IMG/VR virus record: IMGVR_UViG_3300022178_000117
Span: 1-27,070 of that record
Reading direction: 5' to 3' (one strand)
DNA length: 27,070 nt
Source of the DNA: a virus
Taxonomy: Duplodnaviria > Caudoviricetes
Under the pieces are notes generated by a model. The model saw nothing but the letters and a program-made list of their open reading frames with translations, searched no databases and was not told the origin of the DNA. Each line of letters opens with the position of its first letter. Within the stretch, counting starts at the first letter, position 1. Below are positions 15,620-23,294 of the stretch, one piece after another. The translations under genes were made by a program, and so were the position numbers.

Positions 15620-17178
15620 TATAATACTTCCTCTAATCTTTGTGATGTTTGAAACATGTCTCTAGCGCCTTCTAATCCTTGCGATTCTTCCGATACGTCA
15701 CCTCCGGATTCGAGGTTCTTCATCATGTTATACATAACTTCTGCGCCTTTGTCTACATCTCCGTCGCCGGCGTTTCTAACAGCATCAGCTGTAAATACAA
15801 ACTCATTCTTTGATAATCTTGCAGGGACGTCATCTGCTTTTTCCATACGTCCTATTGGAACAAATCCACCTTCAGCTCTTAAATCCATTTCTTTTCCATC
15901 CATATCTAATAATGGCATAACTTTTTTAGCTACAGGCTCTTTGCCTTCCATAGGTCCACCTTCTGCTCTAAATCTTCTTCCTAAATACTTATCAGGGTTA
16001 GCTCTTATCTCTGCTATATCAATTCCTGTATTATCTGAAATTAATTGTGCCTCTTCTTCTTGTTCAGGTGTTAGTAATCCTGCTAGTGTTGATGCTGCTG
16101 TAATACCTAATCCTATTTTACTACCAGCTGCTTTTGCAAATTTATCACCTAAACCTGTTCCACCAATAATATCTCCAACGTTTCCAAATATAGAACTTAA
16201 ACCTCCAAAACCTCCAAAACCTTGGCCGCCTCTTGTTACACCCGGTAACATTTTTCCAAAAAATGTACCACCACCTAAACCATAAGCTCCAAGACCTAAT
16301 ATAGCAGCTTTACCTATTGGTGACTTTGCAATCTTCTTAACTGATCTTGTAACTTTCTTAACAAGTTTACCTAAACCATACATCTGTCTTGCTGATTCAA
16401 GGTCCATGATCCCACCTTCATAAGGCATGCCACCTTCTGCTAATCCTGCTCTACCGCCATCAGCTCTAAATGCTAATCTTAAACCTTCGTCCTCTTCTAT
16501 CTCTGGTTTTTGGTTCATAATTCCTGTTTTGTCAGCTATAATTTTTGGAATAATAGGAATAAAAGGATCACTTGTATCATTAGAACTACCTAATTGACGT
16601 GGACCTTCTGGTCCATAAAAAGCCTCTTCAAATTCTGTTTGTGATATATCACCAGTTGACTCACCTTTATTAATAGCATCTGATAGTCTATCTAAATCTG
16701 TTAAAGTTTCTCCTGACATACCATATTGATCAACAGCAGGATCTGATCTTTCATATACATTTAACGCTGGGTCAAATGTTGAAAGAATATTTCCAAAAGA
16801 AGGAACAGCTGATTTTAATCCAGTTTTTTGATCATATAAATTTTTTAAACTTGCTATTCTAAATTTTTCTGCAAAATTTTGTTTTTGTTTTAACCTTTGT
16901 TTTTGATTTATTTCTAAATTTCTTTTCTCCTTGTCAAAACGTTCTTTTTCTATCCTAGCTGCTTCTTGAGCTGCTCTATTGTCTATCGCTGATCTTGCTC
17001 TTGCAAAATCAGCATCTGAACCACCACTACCACTTCCTGCATCAAAAGCTGCTGAAGCGTCTTTATAATCATCATCACCAAAACCAGCATCAGCCCCATA
17101 GTAACCAGGACGTGTACCATCTTTTCTTGGTTTTACTAGTTGAAGTTGTTTAAATTGTTGTGCGTTTGTTATGGCCAT
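15619..17178 (-). CDS. Putative internal virion protein with repeated xxxGG motifs and a C-terminal DDVPARLSKNEFV domain (519 aa)
   Basis: RADGG, LAEGG, YEGG, RAEGG x2, LESGG; cationic amphipathic segment; C-terminal motif resembles the SDxIPAxLSxGEFV pattern of phage tape-measure/injection proteins. Confidence 0.6.
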   Translation of the reverse strand: MAITNAQQFKQLQLVKPRKDGTRPGYYGADAGFGDDDYKDASAAFDAGSGSGGSDADFARARSAIDNRAAQEAARIEKERFDKEKRNLEINQKQRLKQKQNFAEKFRIASLKNLYDQKTGLKSAVPSFGNILSTFDPALNVYERSDPAVDQYGMSGETLTDLDRLSDAINKGESTGDISQTEFEEAFYGPEGPRQLGSSNDTSDPFIPIIPKIIADKTGIMNQKPEIEEDEGLRLAFRADGGRAGLAEGGMPYEGGIMDLESARQMYGLGKLVKKVTRSVKKIAKSPIGKAAILGLGAYGLGGGTFFGKMLPGVTRGGQGFGGFGGLSSIFGNVGDIIGGTGLGDKFAKAAGSKIGLGITAASTLAGLLTPEQEEEAQLISDNTGIDIAEIRANPDKYLGRRFRAEGGPMEGKEPVAKKVMPLLDMDGKEMDLRAEGGFVPIGRMEKADDVPARLSKNEFVFTADAVRNAGDGDVDKGAEVMYNMMKNLESGGDVSEESQGLEGARDMFQTSQRLEEVL

Positions 17179-17184
17179 CGTTCT

Positions 17185-17213
17185 ATTCTATTTTGTTTCT
17201 CCAAATAAATCAA
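17185..17213 (-). promoter_or_regulatory. Sigma70-type promoter with leaderless geometry for the 519-aa gene
   Basis: TTGATT(17213-17208)-17 nt-TAGAAT(17190-17185)-6 nt-ATG(17178). Confidence 0.6.
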
Positions 17214-17367
17214 GGCTAGGCATGATTACTCTAACATCTTTTCTTATGTCAGATTCTGCAATTCCTTTAGCTTTCCACTCAGAATCGTCCTTGTATACCT
17301 CGCCTGTCTTCATATTTGTTATTGTTGTTATAATCTCTTTTGGTTCTATTACTGGGATATCTTTCAT
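17188..17367 (-). CDS. 59-aa hypothetical protein
   Basis: Hand-translated: MKDIPVIEPKEIITTITNMKTGEVYKDDSEWKAKGIAESDIRKDVRVIMPSLDLFGETK; TAATG overlap; GGAG upstream. Confidence 0.8.
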   Translation of the reverse strand: MKDIPVIEPKEIITTITNMKTGEVYKDDSEWKAKGIAESDIRKDVRVIMPSLDLFGETK

Positions 17368-17696
17368 TATGTTGTTATCTCCTTTTTAATGTTTAGATAG
17401 CTAACCGCTACATCAAACGAATCTGTGTTGCTTGATAGCACGGTTAGGGTATTACCACCCTCAACCACTAAAGGTTGAGTAAGTAATTCTGTTGTAACAT
17501 TTGCTGTTAATGCTGCTGACTTTATAGCTGTAATACTGTTATTTGTAACTGTGACTGTTGGTGTTCCGGCTGATGTGACTAGTATAGATTTGATAACATA
17601 AGTTTCACTAACCAAAGGATTACCTGTACCAAAAGGATTTATTGCACTTCCTGATGTGCTGTTATCTGTTCCTACAAATTTATATTGATTAGCCAT
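17367..17696 (-). CDS. Small beta-rich putative virion/tail protein (109 aa)
   Basis: Thr/Ser/Val-rich alternating beta pattern; coupled to both neighbours by TAATG. Confidence 0.65.
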   Translation of the reverse strand: MANQYKFVGTDNSTSGSAINPFGTGNPLVSETYVIKSILVTSAGTPTVTVTNNSITAIKSAALTANVTTELLTQPLVVEGGNTLTVLSSNTDSFDVAVSYLNIKKEITT

Positions 17697-17860
17697 TAGT
17701 TTACAAAAAAGTTAAACGCTTCAATTTCATCTTTTAATTCTTCTTGAAACGTTGAGTTTAATTTTTCTACAATAGCATCAAGATCTCTTACTTGAGCTTC
17801 CGCAGTCTGTACATCATATTCGTTTGATGGTCTAGTTATTACCTGTACAATTTTTGCCAT
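17696..17860 (-). CDS. 54-aa hypothetical protein (helical, tail module)
   Basis: Hand-translated: MAKIVQVITRPSNEYDVQTAEAQVRDLDAIVEKLNSTFQEELKDEIEAFNFFVN; fills the gap exactly with TAATG overlaps at both ends. Confidence 0.8.
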   Translation of the reverse strand: MAKIVQVITRPSNEYDVQTAEAQVRDLDAIVEKLNSTFQEELKDEIEAFNFFVN

Positions 17861-20040
17861 TATCTACGTCCATCTGGTTGTACATCTAATCTAAAAGTTC
17901 CTAATTTCCAACTTTGATTAGTTGTTGTGTTTGCTATTTTTAATGCAACAGCTCTAGCCCTTGCACGTGTATCTACTTTTTTAGTAGATGATGAAACTGT
18001 AAATGGTCCAAGTGCTGAGCTTGCTTGTGTATCATTTGGAAAATCTCTTAGTAAAAATGTAATTTGTGTATTACCTGTTTGAGATATAAAGTCGGGTACA
18101 AATCTTCTTATCTTCATAAGATACTCACCATCTCCTTTAAATGTTGCAACACCTGTCTGTGTTCCTTGAGCCGATCTTTGTTGTGTAATATCAAAATCTC
18201 CTGATTCAATGCTTGCAACAATTGCTGTAGTTGCACCACCTTGAACTTGATCAGTTCCTGTTTCGTGTTGATAGTATATTGTTCTACCTTCTGTGTTGCC
18301 TACAACATCAAAAGATGTATCTGTTCCTGCTTCGTATGATAAAGCATGCGGATTACCAAATACTGCAGAATCTTCCCACATAGTTCTAGCTAATGAGCCA
18401 ATAGTCCACACCGGTCTTTGTGGTGATGAATCAAAATAATTATATGTAACTTGTCTATTAACTACTGATGATCCTGTTGTTGGGTAAAACCAAGTAACTT
18501 CACCAAACAAGTTATTTAATCCTGCTGATACCATTTGGTTACCAGATTCTAAATTTATATTATCGTAAACAAAGTCTTCTACTAAACATGGTAGTGATTC
18601 TAGTTTACCAGCATATCTAAAAAAACCATTCTCTGACATCCAATAAGCAGCACCATCAACTTCTACACATGCATTCTGTCCTGCAAGTCCACAGTTAGTT
18701 CCAACTTGTGCGAATGCAAACGTAAATGGTTGACCAACAAAACGTTGAGTGAACAATGCAGTATCAGTCCAAACATAGATAGCGTCCCTACCTCTAATTG
18801 CTCCTCTGATCTGTGATCCGTCGGCCAGTCTTTGTGTACCAGCTGTATTGGTTGCTGTAGGTGTGTATGTGTTTATATCTTCTTGATCTGAAAATCTTAC
18901 AAACATGTCATCTTGTGTAGATGTATCACCTATTGTTGTTTCTGTTCCAAAGAATACTAAGTGTCTATCCGGTGTTGATACTAACATGTGACGTGATGCA
19001 GTTGGTGCACCAGATATAATACTTGCTCTAATTGTTTCTGCGTTTGTTGCAGCAGAGTTCCATTCAAATACCGCACTGTCATGAATAAGACAAATTGCTT
19101 TGTCACCAAAATTATCTAGGGACCACATACCAGGTTCAAGAACTAAGTCACCTGATGCAGCCTCTCCCCATGCTACAAAGTTTGTTGTGCTGGTAACTGT
19201 TGCTCCACCACTATGAGCTGCAGCAGTTGTTCCTCTAACTTCTCTTGTTACACCTGTAAGTTCATTACCAGATATACCTGTGTATGAAATTTCTTCGTTA
19301 TCTATTTTTATAAAGTTTGTACCTGCATCTGGAAACTGAGATACATCATTTAATATAATTCCTGTTGTTACAGCATCATTAATACCATTTGTTAATGTAG
19401 TTGTAGGTTCACCTGCTACTTCACCACCCCATGATCCAAGTGACCAACCAAAACCTTGAGCTTGTACAGCTGGTCCTACAGGATAATAATGTTGTACTCT
19501 AATACCACCTGATGTTGTTGCACCAGATCCAGATTCATTACCTGGCATTGTAATTGTAATAGTTGTACTTGTAGGTACAGTTGTTACCATAAATTTTTTA
19601 TCATCAAAATCAGCTGCTGTATAATTAGAATTAGTAATAGTAGTAAAATTATCTAATAAAATTATATCTTGTGCACTTATATTATGTGGAGAACTAAATG
19701 TTATTGTAACAGTTGGTGATCCATTAGTTGTGCTAAATGCATTAGAAAGAGTTGTTGTAGATTTGATAGGATGTATGTCATAAAACACACCACCTGAGTA
19801 TGCATATAAAATTCTGTTTGTACCAATAATTGCGTATTTTCTAGCTTTACTATTTACAAAATGATGAAGTCCACGTCCTGCACCAGTAAGAGCATCATCA
19901 CCTAATTGCTTCCAACCACCTATTTTTTCAGGTGTGCCATACCTAAATCTTACATTATCGCAGTCAGTCCATTGACCTTCTGCTGTTGTAGGTGTTATCT
20001 GTTTATTAATTCCAGGCTGAAATCCTATCTTTTGTAACAT
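17860..20040 (-). CDS. Podovirus tail hub/nozzle protein (P22 gp10-like DNA stabilization protein), 726 aa
   Basis: NVRF...PEKIGGW start, beta-propeller-type repeats (VRFSDQED, YVWTD, AYWMS, VTWFYP), C-terminal WKLGTFRLDVQPDGRR; position upstream of the ejection genes. Confidence 0.65.
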   Translation of the reverse strand: MLQKIGFQPGINKQITPTTAEGQWTDCDNVRFRYGTPEKIGGWKQLGDDALTGAGRGLHHFVNSKARKYAIIGTNRILYAYSGGVFYDIHPIKSTTTLSNAFSTTNGSPTVTITFSSPHNISAQDIILLDNFTTITNSNYTAADFDDKKFMVTTVPTSTTITITMPGNESGSGATTSGGIRVQHYYPVGPAVQAQGFGWSLGSWGGEVAGEPTTTLTNGINDAVTTGIILNDVSQFPDAGTNFIKIDNEEISYTGISGNELTGVTREVRGTTAAAHSGGATVTSTTNFVAWGEAASGDLVLEPGMWSLDNFGDKAICLIHDSAVFEWNSAATNAETIRASIISGAPTASRHMLVSTPDRHLVFFGTETTIGDTSTQDDMFVRFSDQEDINTYTPTATNTAGTQRLADGSQIRGAIRGRDAIYVWTDTALFTQRFVGQPFTFAFAQVGTNCGLAGQNACVEVDGAAYWMSENGFFRYAGKLESLPCLVEDFVYDNINLESGNQMVSAGLNNLFGEVTWFYPTTGSSVVNRQVTYNYFDSSPQRPVWTIGSLARTMWEDSAVFGNPHALSYEAGTDTSFDVVGNTEGRTIYYQHETGTDQVQGGATTAIVASIESGDFDITQQRSAQGTQTGVATFKGDGEYLMKIRRFVPDFISQTGNTQITFLLRDFPNDTQASSALGPFTVSSSTKKVDTRARARAVALKIANTTTNQSWKLGTFRLDVQPDGRR

Positions 20041-20048
20041 ATATCTCC

Positions 20049-20079
20049 AGATTATATTAGATTGCGTTGATATTCAACG
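20049..20079 (-). promoter_or_regulatory. Promoter-like element plus small inverted repeat between the oxygenase cassette and the tail hub gene
   Basis: TTGAAT (20077-20072), TATAAT (20056-20051; spacer 15) or TAATCT (spacer 17); inverted repeat CGTTGA-tat-TCAACG (20065-20079); SD GGAG at 20048-20045. Confidence 0.45.
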
Positions 20080-20724
20080 TTATTTGGGTATACCCAACAT
20101 AGGTCTTTTATCATACAAATTGGTTTTTGCAAATCTTCCATCTGCATGATTATAGTGTAAAAACACTTGTCCGCAAAGCTTTCCTTCAAAAGGTTTACGC
20201 CAATGCTCTAATTCACAGCCAGAATAGATAAGCATATCACCAGGTTTTAGATTAACTTCTACACCTAATGGTGCACCTGGTTTTACAATACCTTTGTATT
20301 CTTCAATAACATTATCTGCTCCCGTAGGATCTAGATAGATAGGCCAGTGATCACCACCTAAACATAGTGTGGTTGATATCTCACAACTAGGTCTATCTTT
20401 GTGTCTGTTTAAAATATTGCCTGTTCTATAGAGTCTTGTGTAAGAATAAGTAGGTACTAGTTTAAGTCCTGTTTTCTTTTGCATAACATCAATAGTTTTA
20501 ACTAATAAAACTTCCATAAATCTATCTGCATATTTGGCATAAGATCCTGGTACTTGTGGATCATGAAAGTTACCAACTAATGGATTACCTTTATGTGTGG
20601 TATAATTGTTTATCATCCAGTTATCAGCCTCTGCGGATATTTGTAAATATCTATAAGCAACATCTGCTATTTCTTTTGATATAGCACCACGTATGACTTG
20701 ATATTTATTTTTCTTAAAACTCAT
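20080..20724 (-). CDS. 2OG-Fe(II) oxygenase superfamily protein (HxD...H)
   Basis: PTYSYTRLY..G..L.RHKDRPSCEIS, PGDMLIYSGCELEHWR, QVFLHY. Confidence 0.85.
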   Translation of the reverse strand: MSFKKNKYQVIRGAISKEIADVAYRYLQISAEADNWMINNYTTHKGNPLVGNFHDPQVPGSYAKYADRFMEVLLVKTIDVMQKKTGLKLVPTYSYTRLYRTGNILNRHKDRPSCEISTTLCLGGDHWPIYLDPTGADNVIEEYKGIVKPGAPLGVEVNLKPGDMLIYSGCELEHWRKPFEGKLCGQVFLHYNHADGRFAKTNLYDKRPMLGIPK

Positions 20725-21326
20725 ATTTGTATAAAATTATAAGACACAGATATTCTCCAGTTTTTTTCACCTTTATCTGTATTTAAATTTATATCTACAC
20801 CATGGGGAAGCCAACTAGGAAAAAAGATCATACGACCTTCTACAGGTTCATAAGCACACACTCTCCATAATGCTTCTGGCATATTCTCTACTCTTCTAGG
20901 CATATGTGTATTAGGTCCTGGTCTAGGATCTTCTAAAAATAATTTACCTGAGTTTTTTGGTACTTTAATATAATATACCCCTGACCACATAGAGTTAGGA
21001 TGTGTATGTGTTTTGTTATAACTATAAGTAGGATTAATATTAGCCCACATATTACCCAAACCTAACTTACCCGTAATACCATAATCTTTATTACACTCCT
21101 CAGCCATCTTAAATAATTCTTGAATTAAAGGTTGATACTCTTTTCGTTTATCCATATCTGTTTTACTGTGCCAACCAAAACCAGAGTTTGTTTTCTTTTC
21201 ACCTTCAGGATCTGTTTTACGCCACTTCTTTATTTCTTTGAATAAATATTTATTAAGTTCTTTAGCGTTAGGTATATCTTTAAAATACACTGGAGTTGGA
21301 AATAATACTTTTCTTTGTAATGTCAT
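20721..21326 (-). CDS. Putative 2OG-Fe(II) oxygenase (TIGR02466-like, HxH...H)
   Basis: MWANIN..HTHPNSMWSGVYY, LFLEDPRP, IFFPSWLPHGV, RISVSYN. Confidence 0.88.
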   Translation of the reverse strand: MTLQRKVLFPTPVYFKDIPNAKELNKYLFKEIKKWRKTDPEGEKKTNSGFGWHSKTDMDKRKEYQPLIQELFKMAEECNKDYGITGKLGLGNMWANINPTYSYNKTHTHPNSMWSGVYYIKVPKNSGKLFLEDPRPGPNTHMPRRVENMPEALWRVCAYEPVEGRMIFFPSWLPHGVDINLNTDKGEKNWRISVSYNFIQI

Positions 21327-21916
21327 TTAAATGGTGGTCCTCCAAACCACATCACTAAAGATTTTCTCACACCTTTTTTAACTGGTGCAACTTTGTGTCG
21401 TAAAAATGATGCAAAAAATATAGCTTGTCCTTGTTTCAAGGGCAGTGGCTTGTTATCACCCATCTCTGAAAACGTAAGTTCACCACCTGTAAACTCTGAT
21501 GGATCTGATAATAAACATGTCATAGATATTTTACGTATTGGATTTTGACCATCTTGACCAAAAGCATTTAGATCCATATGCCAATCATAAAAACCACCTT
21601 TAGGATAAACCGTAAACTGTGCAGGCTCTGTAAGTCTTACACCATCAAAATAAAAATGATTTAAGTTTACAATAGATAATTGATTTTCAATAACTTTATA
21701 CATCTGTGGTAATTTATCAAAAGGTATCCAAGATATTGTTGTAACTCTTTTTTTAGTATCATACTTACCTCCTTCGCCTCCACCAACTTTTGCTTGTTCT
21801 GGTGCACACTGATTACCAGCATCAATAATCATCTTACATTGTTCTGGTGTAAATATGGGTTCTGTTGTTTGGGCAACATAAGATTGCCATCTAGGCATTC
21901 GCGGTACTTGTGTCAT
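21323..21916 (-). CDS. 2OG-Fe(II) oxygenase, prolyl-4-hydroxylase/PKHD-like (HxD...H)
   Basis: QFTVY..GGFYDWHMD, RKISMT, FTGGEL, FASFLRHKVAPVKKGVRKSLVMW. Confidence 0.9.
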   Translation of the reverse strand: MTQVPRMPRWQSYVAQTTEPIFTPEQCKMIIDAGNQCAPEQAKVGGGEGGKYDTKKRVTTISWIPFDKLPQMYKVIENQLSIVNLNHFYFDGVRLTEPAQFTVYPKGGFYDWHMDLNAFGQDGQNPIRKISMTCLLSDPSEFTGGELTFSEMGDNKPLPLKQGQAIFFASFLRHKVAPVKKGVRKSLVMWFGGPPFK

Positions 21917-22575
21917 TCGTTTTGCCCTGATCCAGTTCTCGAAGATACAGGATTATAATCAACATCTACATTACAAACTAATGTTCTTCTTTTTTCTTTA
22001 GTTCCGTTAAATGGATATACACAGTGTCTCATATCATAAGGAAAAACATAAAAGTCTCCTATCTTCATTTCAGGTGAATAATCTGTTTTAGAAAATTGTC
22101 CATTAGCTGCGCCTATGATTTGTAGTCTACCATTCATGGGTTTTGATTCTGCAGAATATTCTACGCCTGTGTCTTTAGGTAATTTTAAAATCATCACAGA
22201 AGATAGACCTGTATAAAGTTTACCTTGGTGTATGTGCACAGGATTATATTCGTGTGCTTTCATTTCATTAACCCAAATAGAATTTATAGATTTTTGTGTT
22301 GGACCTATCTTGTTCCAATCTGTGTAATGATCAAAGACAGTGTGAAACCATTTTAATATATCTTGTGGTAGAAAAGAATGCTGATGCATCTTATCATTGT
22401 TAGGACCTGAATAAAATAAAGATACTTCATCCTCTATTTTACCTACCAATTGTTTATTGGCTTTTGGTAATTGTTTCTTTTGTTTTTCATAGATCTCATT
22501 AAGACCTACAAAAATTTCTAAAGGGACTTTGTATTTTAAAACCGTTTGCCCTAGATAGACAAAGTCGAAGTTCAT
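21913..22575 (-). CDS. Putative 2OG-Fe(II) oxygenase (HxH...H)
   Basis: IWVNEMKAHEYNPVHIH, LSSVMILK, GDFYVFPYDMRHCVYPF, RRTLVCN. Confidence 0.85.
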   Translation of the reverse strand: MNFDFVYLGQTVLKYKVPLEIFVGLNEIYEKQKKQLPKANKQLVGKIEDEVSLFYSGPNNDKMHQHSFLPQDILKWFHTVFDHYTDWNKIGPTQKSINSIWVNEMKAHEYNPVHIHQGKLYTGLSSVMILKLPKDTGVEYSAESKPMNGRLQIIGAANGQFSKTDYSPEMKIGDFYVFPYDMRHCVYPFNGTKEKRRTLVCNVDVDYNPVSSRTGSGQNE

Positions 22576-23237
22576 TTTATTTTTTTAGTTTTTTTACTAT
22601 CTAAAGATAATGTATTATCTTTTATACCTTTTTCTAAAGCTTCCAATTGACCTAGTATATTAAACACTTCTGGTTGTGTTGTACCAGGAGTTATAGTTTG
22701 TTTTTGTCTTTGGAATCTTAACAAATATGATTTAGCTTGGTGCGTATTTACATCTTTGTCATCAAAAGAACCATCGTGAAACTCTTTTTTAAGTTTAGAC
22801 CAAGTAGCAACTTCTCTCATTCTATGTTTAGCAACAAGTTCCATACTTGCTTTACCATAAAGTTTTTCTTCTAACTCTATTTGTTTAAGTTCTTTTTCTA
22901 ATGGATCTTTTTCTTTTTTAATATCACGTTTTAATTTTTTTATCTCAACTTCATTTTTTCTCGCATCAAATGATAGATGAACTAAATTTTCAAAGTGTGT
23001 ATTCTGTTCTCTTACAGACTGCCAATACTTTGCAGCTTTGGTTGGATATTTATTGTCGGATAATACAGAGAATCTCATTTCTGTTTCTGTACGAAACATT
23101 TGTTTCTTCATCCATGTATCTTGTAACTCTGGTATTAATTTTTTAAAACTTTTAACATCATCTTTATCTAAGATGTTTGTTAAATACTTTGACTCAGTCT
23201 CAAGTTTAGTTGCTATATTACGTTTTTCTTTTGACAT
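22572..23237 (-). CDS. Coiled-coil hypothetical protein (221 aa), first gene of the oxygenase cassette
   Basis: Strong SD AAGGAG; Lys/Glu-rich heptads; YPTKAAKYWQSVREQ segment; ATGA-coupled to the first oxygenase. Confidence 0.8.
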   Translation of the reverse strand: MSKEKRNIATKLETESKYLTNILDKDDVKSFKKLIPELQDTWMKKQMFRTETEMRFSVLSDNKYPTKAAKYWQSVREQNTHFENLVHLSFDARKNEVEIKKLKRDIKKEKDPLEKELKQIELEEKLYGKASMELVAKHRMREVATWSKLKKEFHDGSFDDKDVNTHQAKSYLLRFQRQKQTITPGTTQPEVFNILGQLEALEKGIKDNTLSLDSKKTKKIK

Positions 23238-23264
23238 ATTTTCTCCTTTATTATTTCTAATCTG

Positions 23265-23292
23265 TATATATACCTTTTTATAGAAAGGTCAA
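23265..23292 (-). promoter_or_regulatory. Sigma70-type promoter with an internal palindrome upstream of the oxygenase cassette
   Basis: TTGACC(23292-23287)-16-TATATA(23270-23265); near-perfect 18-bp palindrome ACCTTTTTATAGAAAGGT (23272-23289). Confidence 0.6.
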
Positions 23293-23294
23293 GT

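Noticed and set aside
15656-16285. 209-aa plus-strand ORF
   Set aside because: Antisense shadow of the 519-aa gene; Pro/Ser-rich mirror of Gly/Glu codons, no expression signals seen.
20080-22575. Oxygenases as TET/JBP or AlkB DNA-modifying enzymes
   Set aside because: Motifs fit P4H/TIGR02466-like families; no methylase or glycosyltransferase is adjacent and they lie among tail genes. Not formally excluded.
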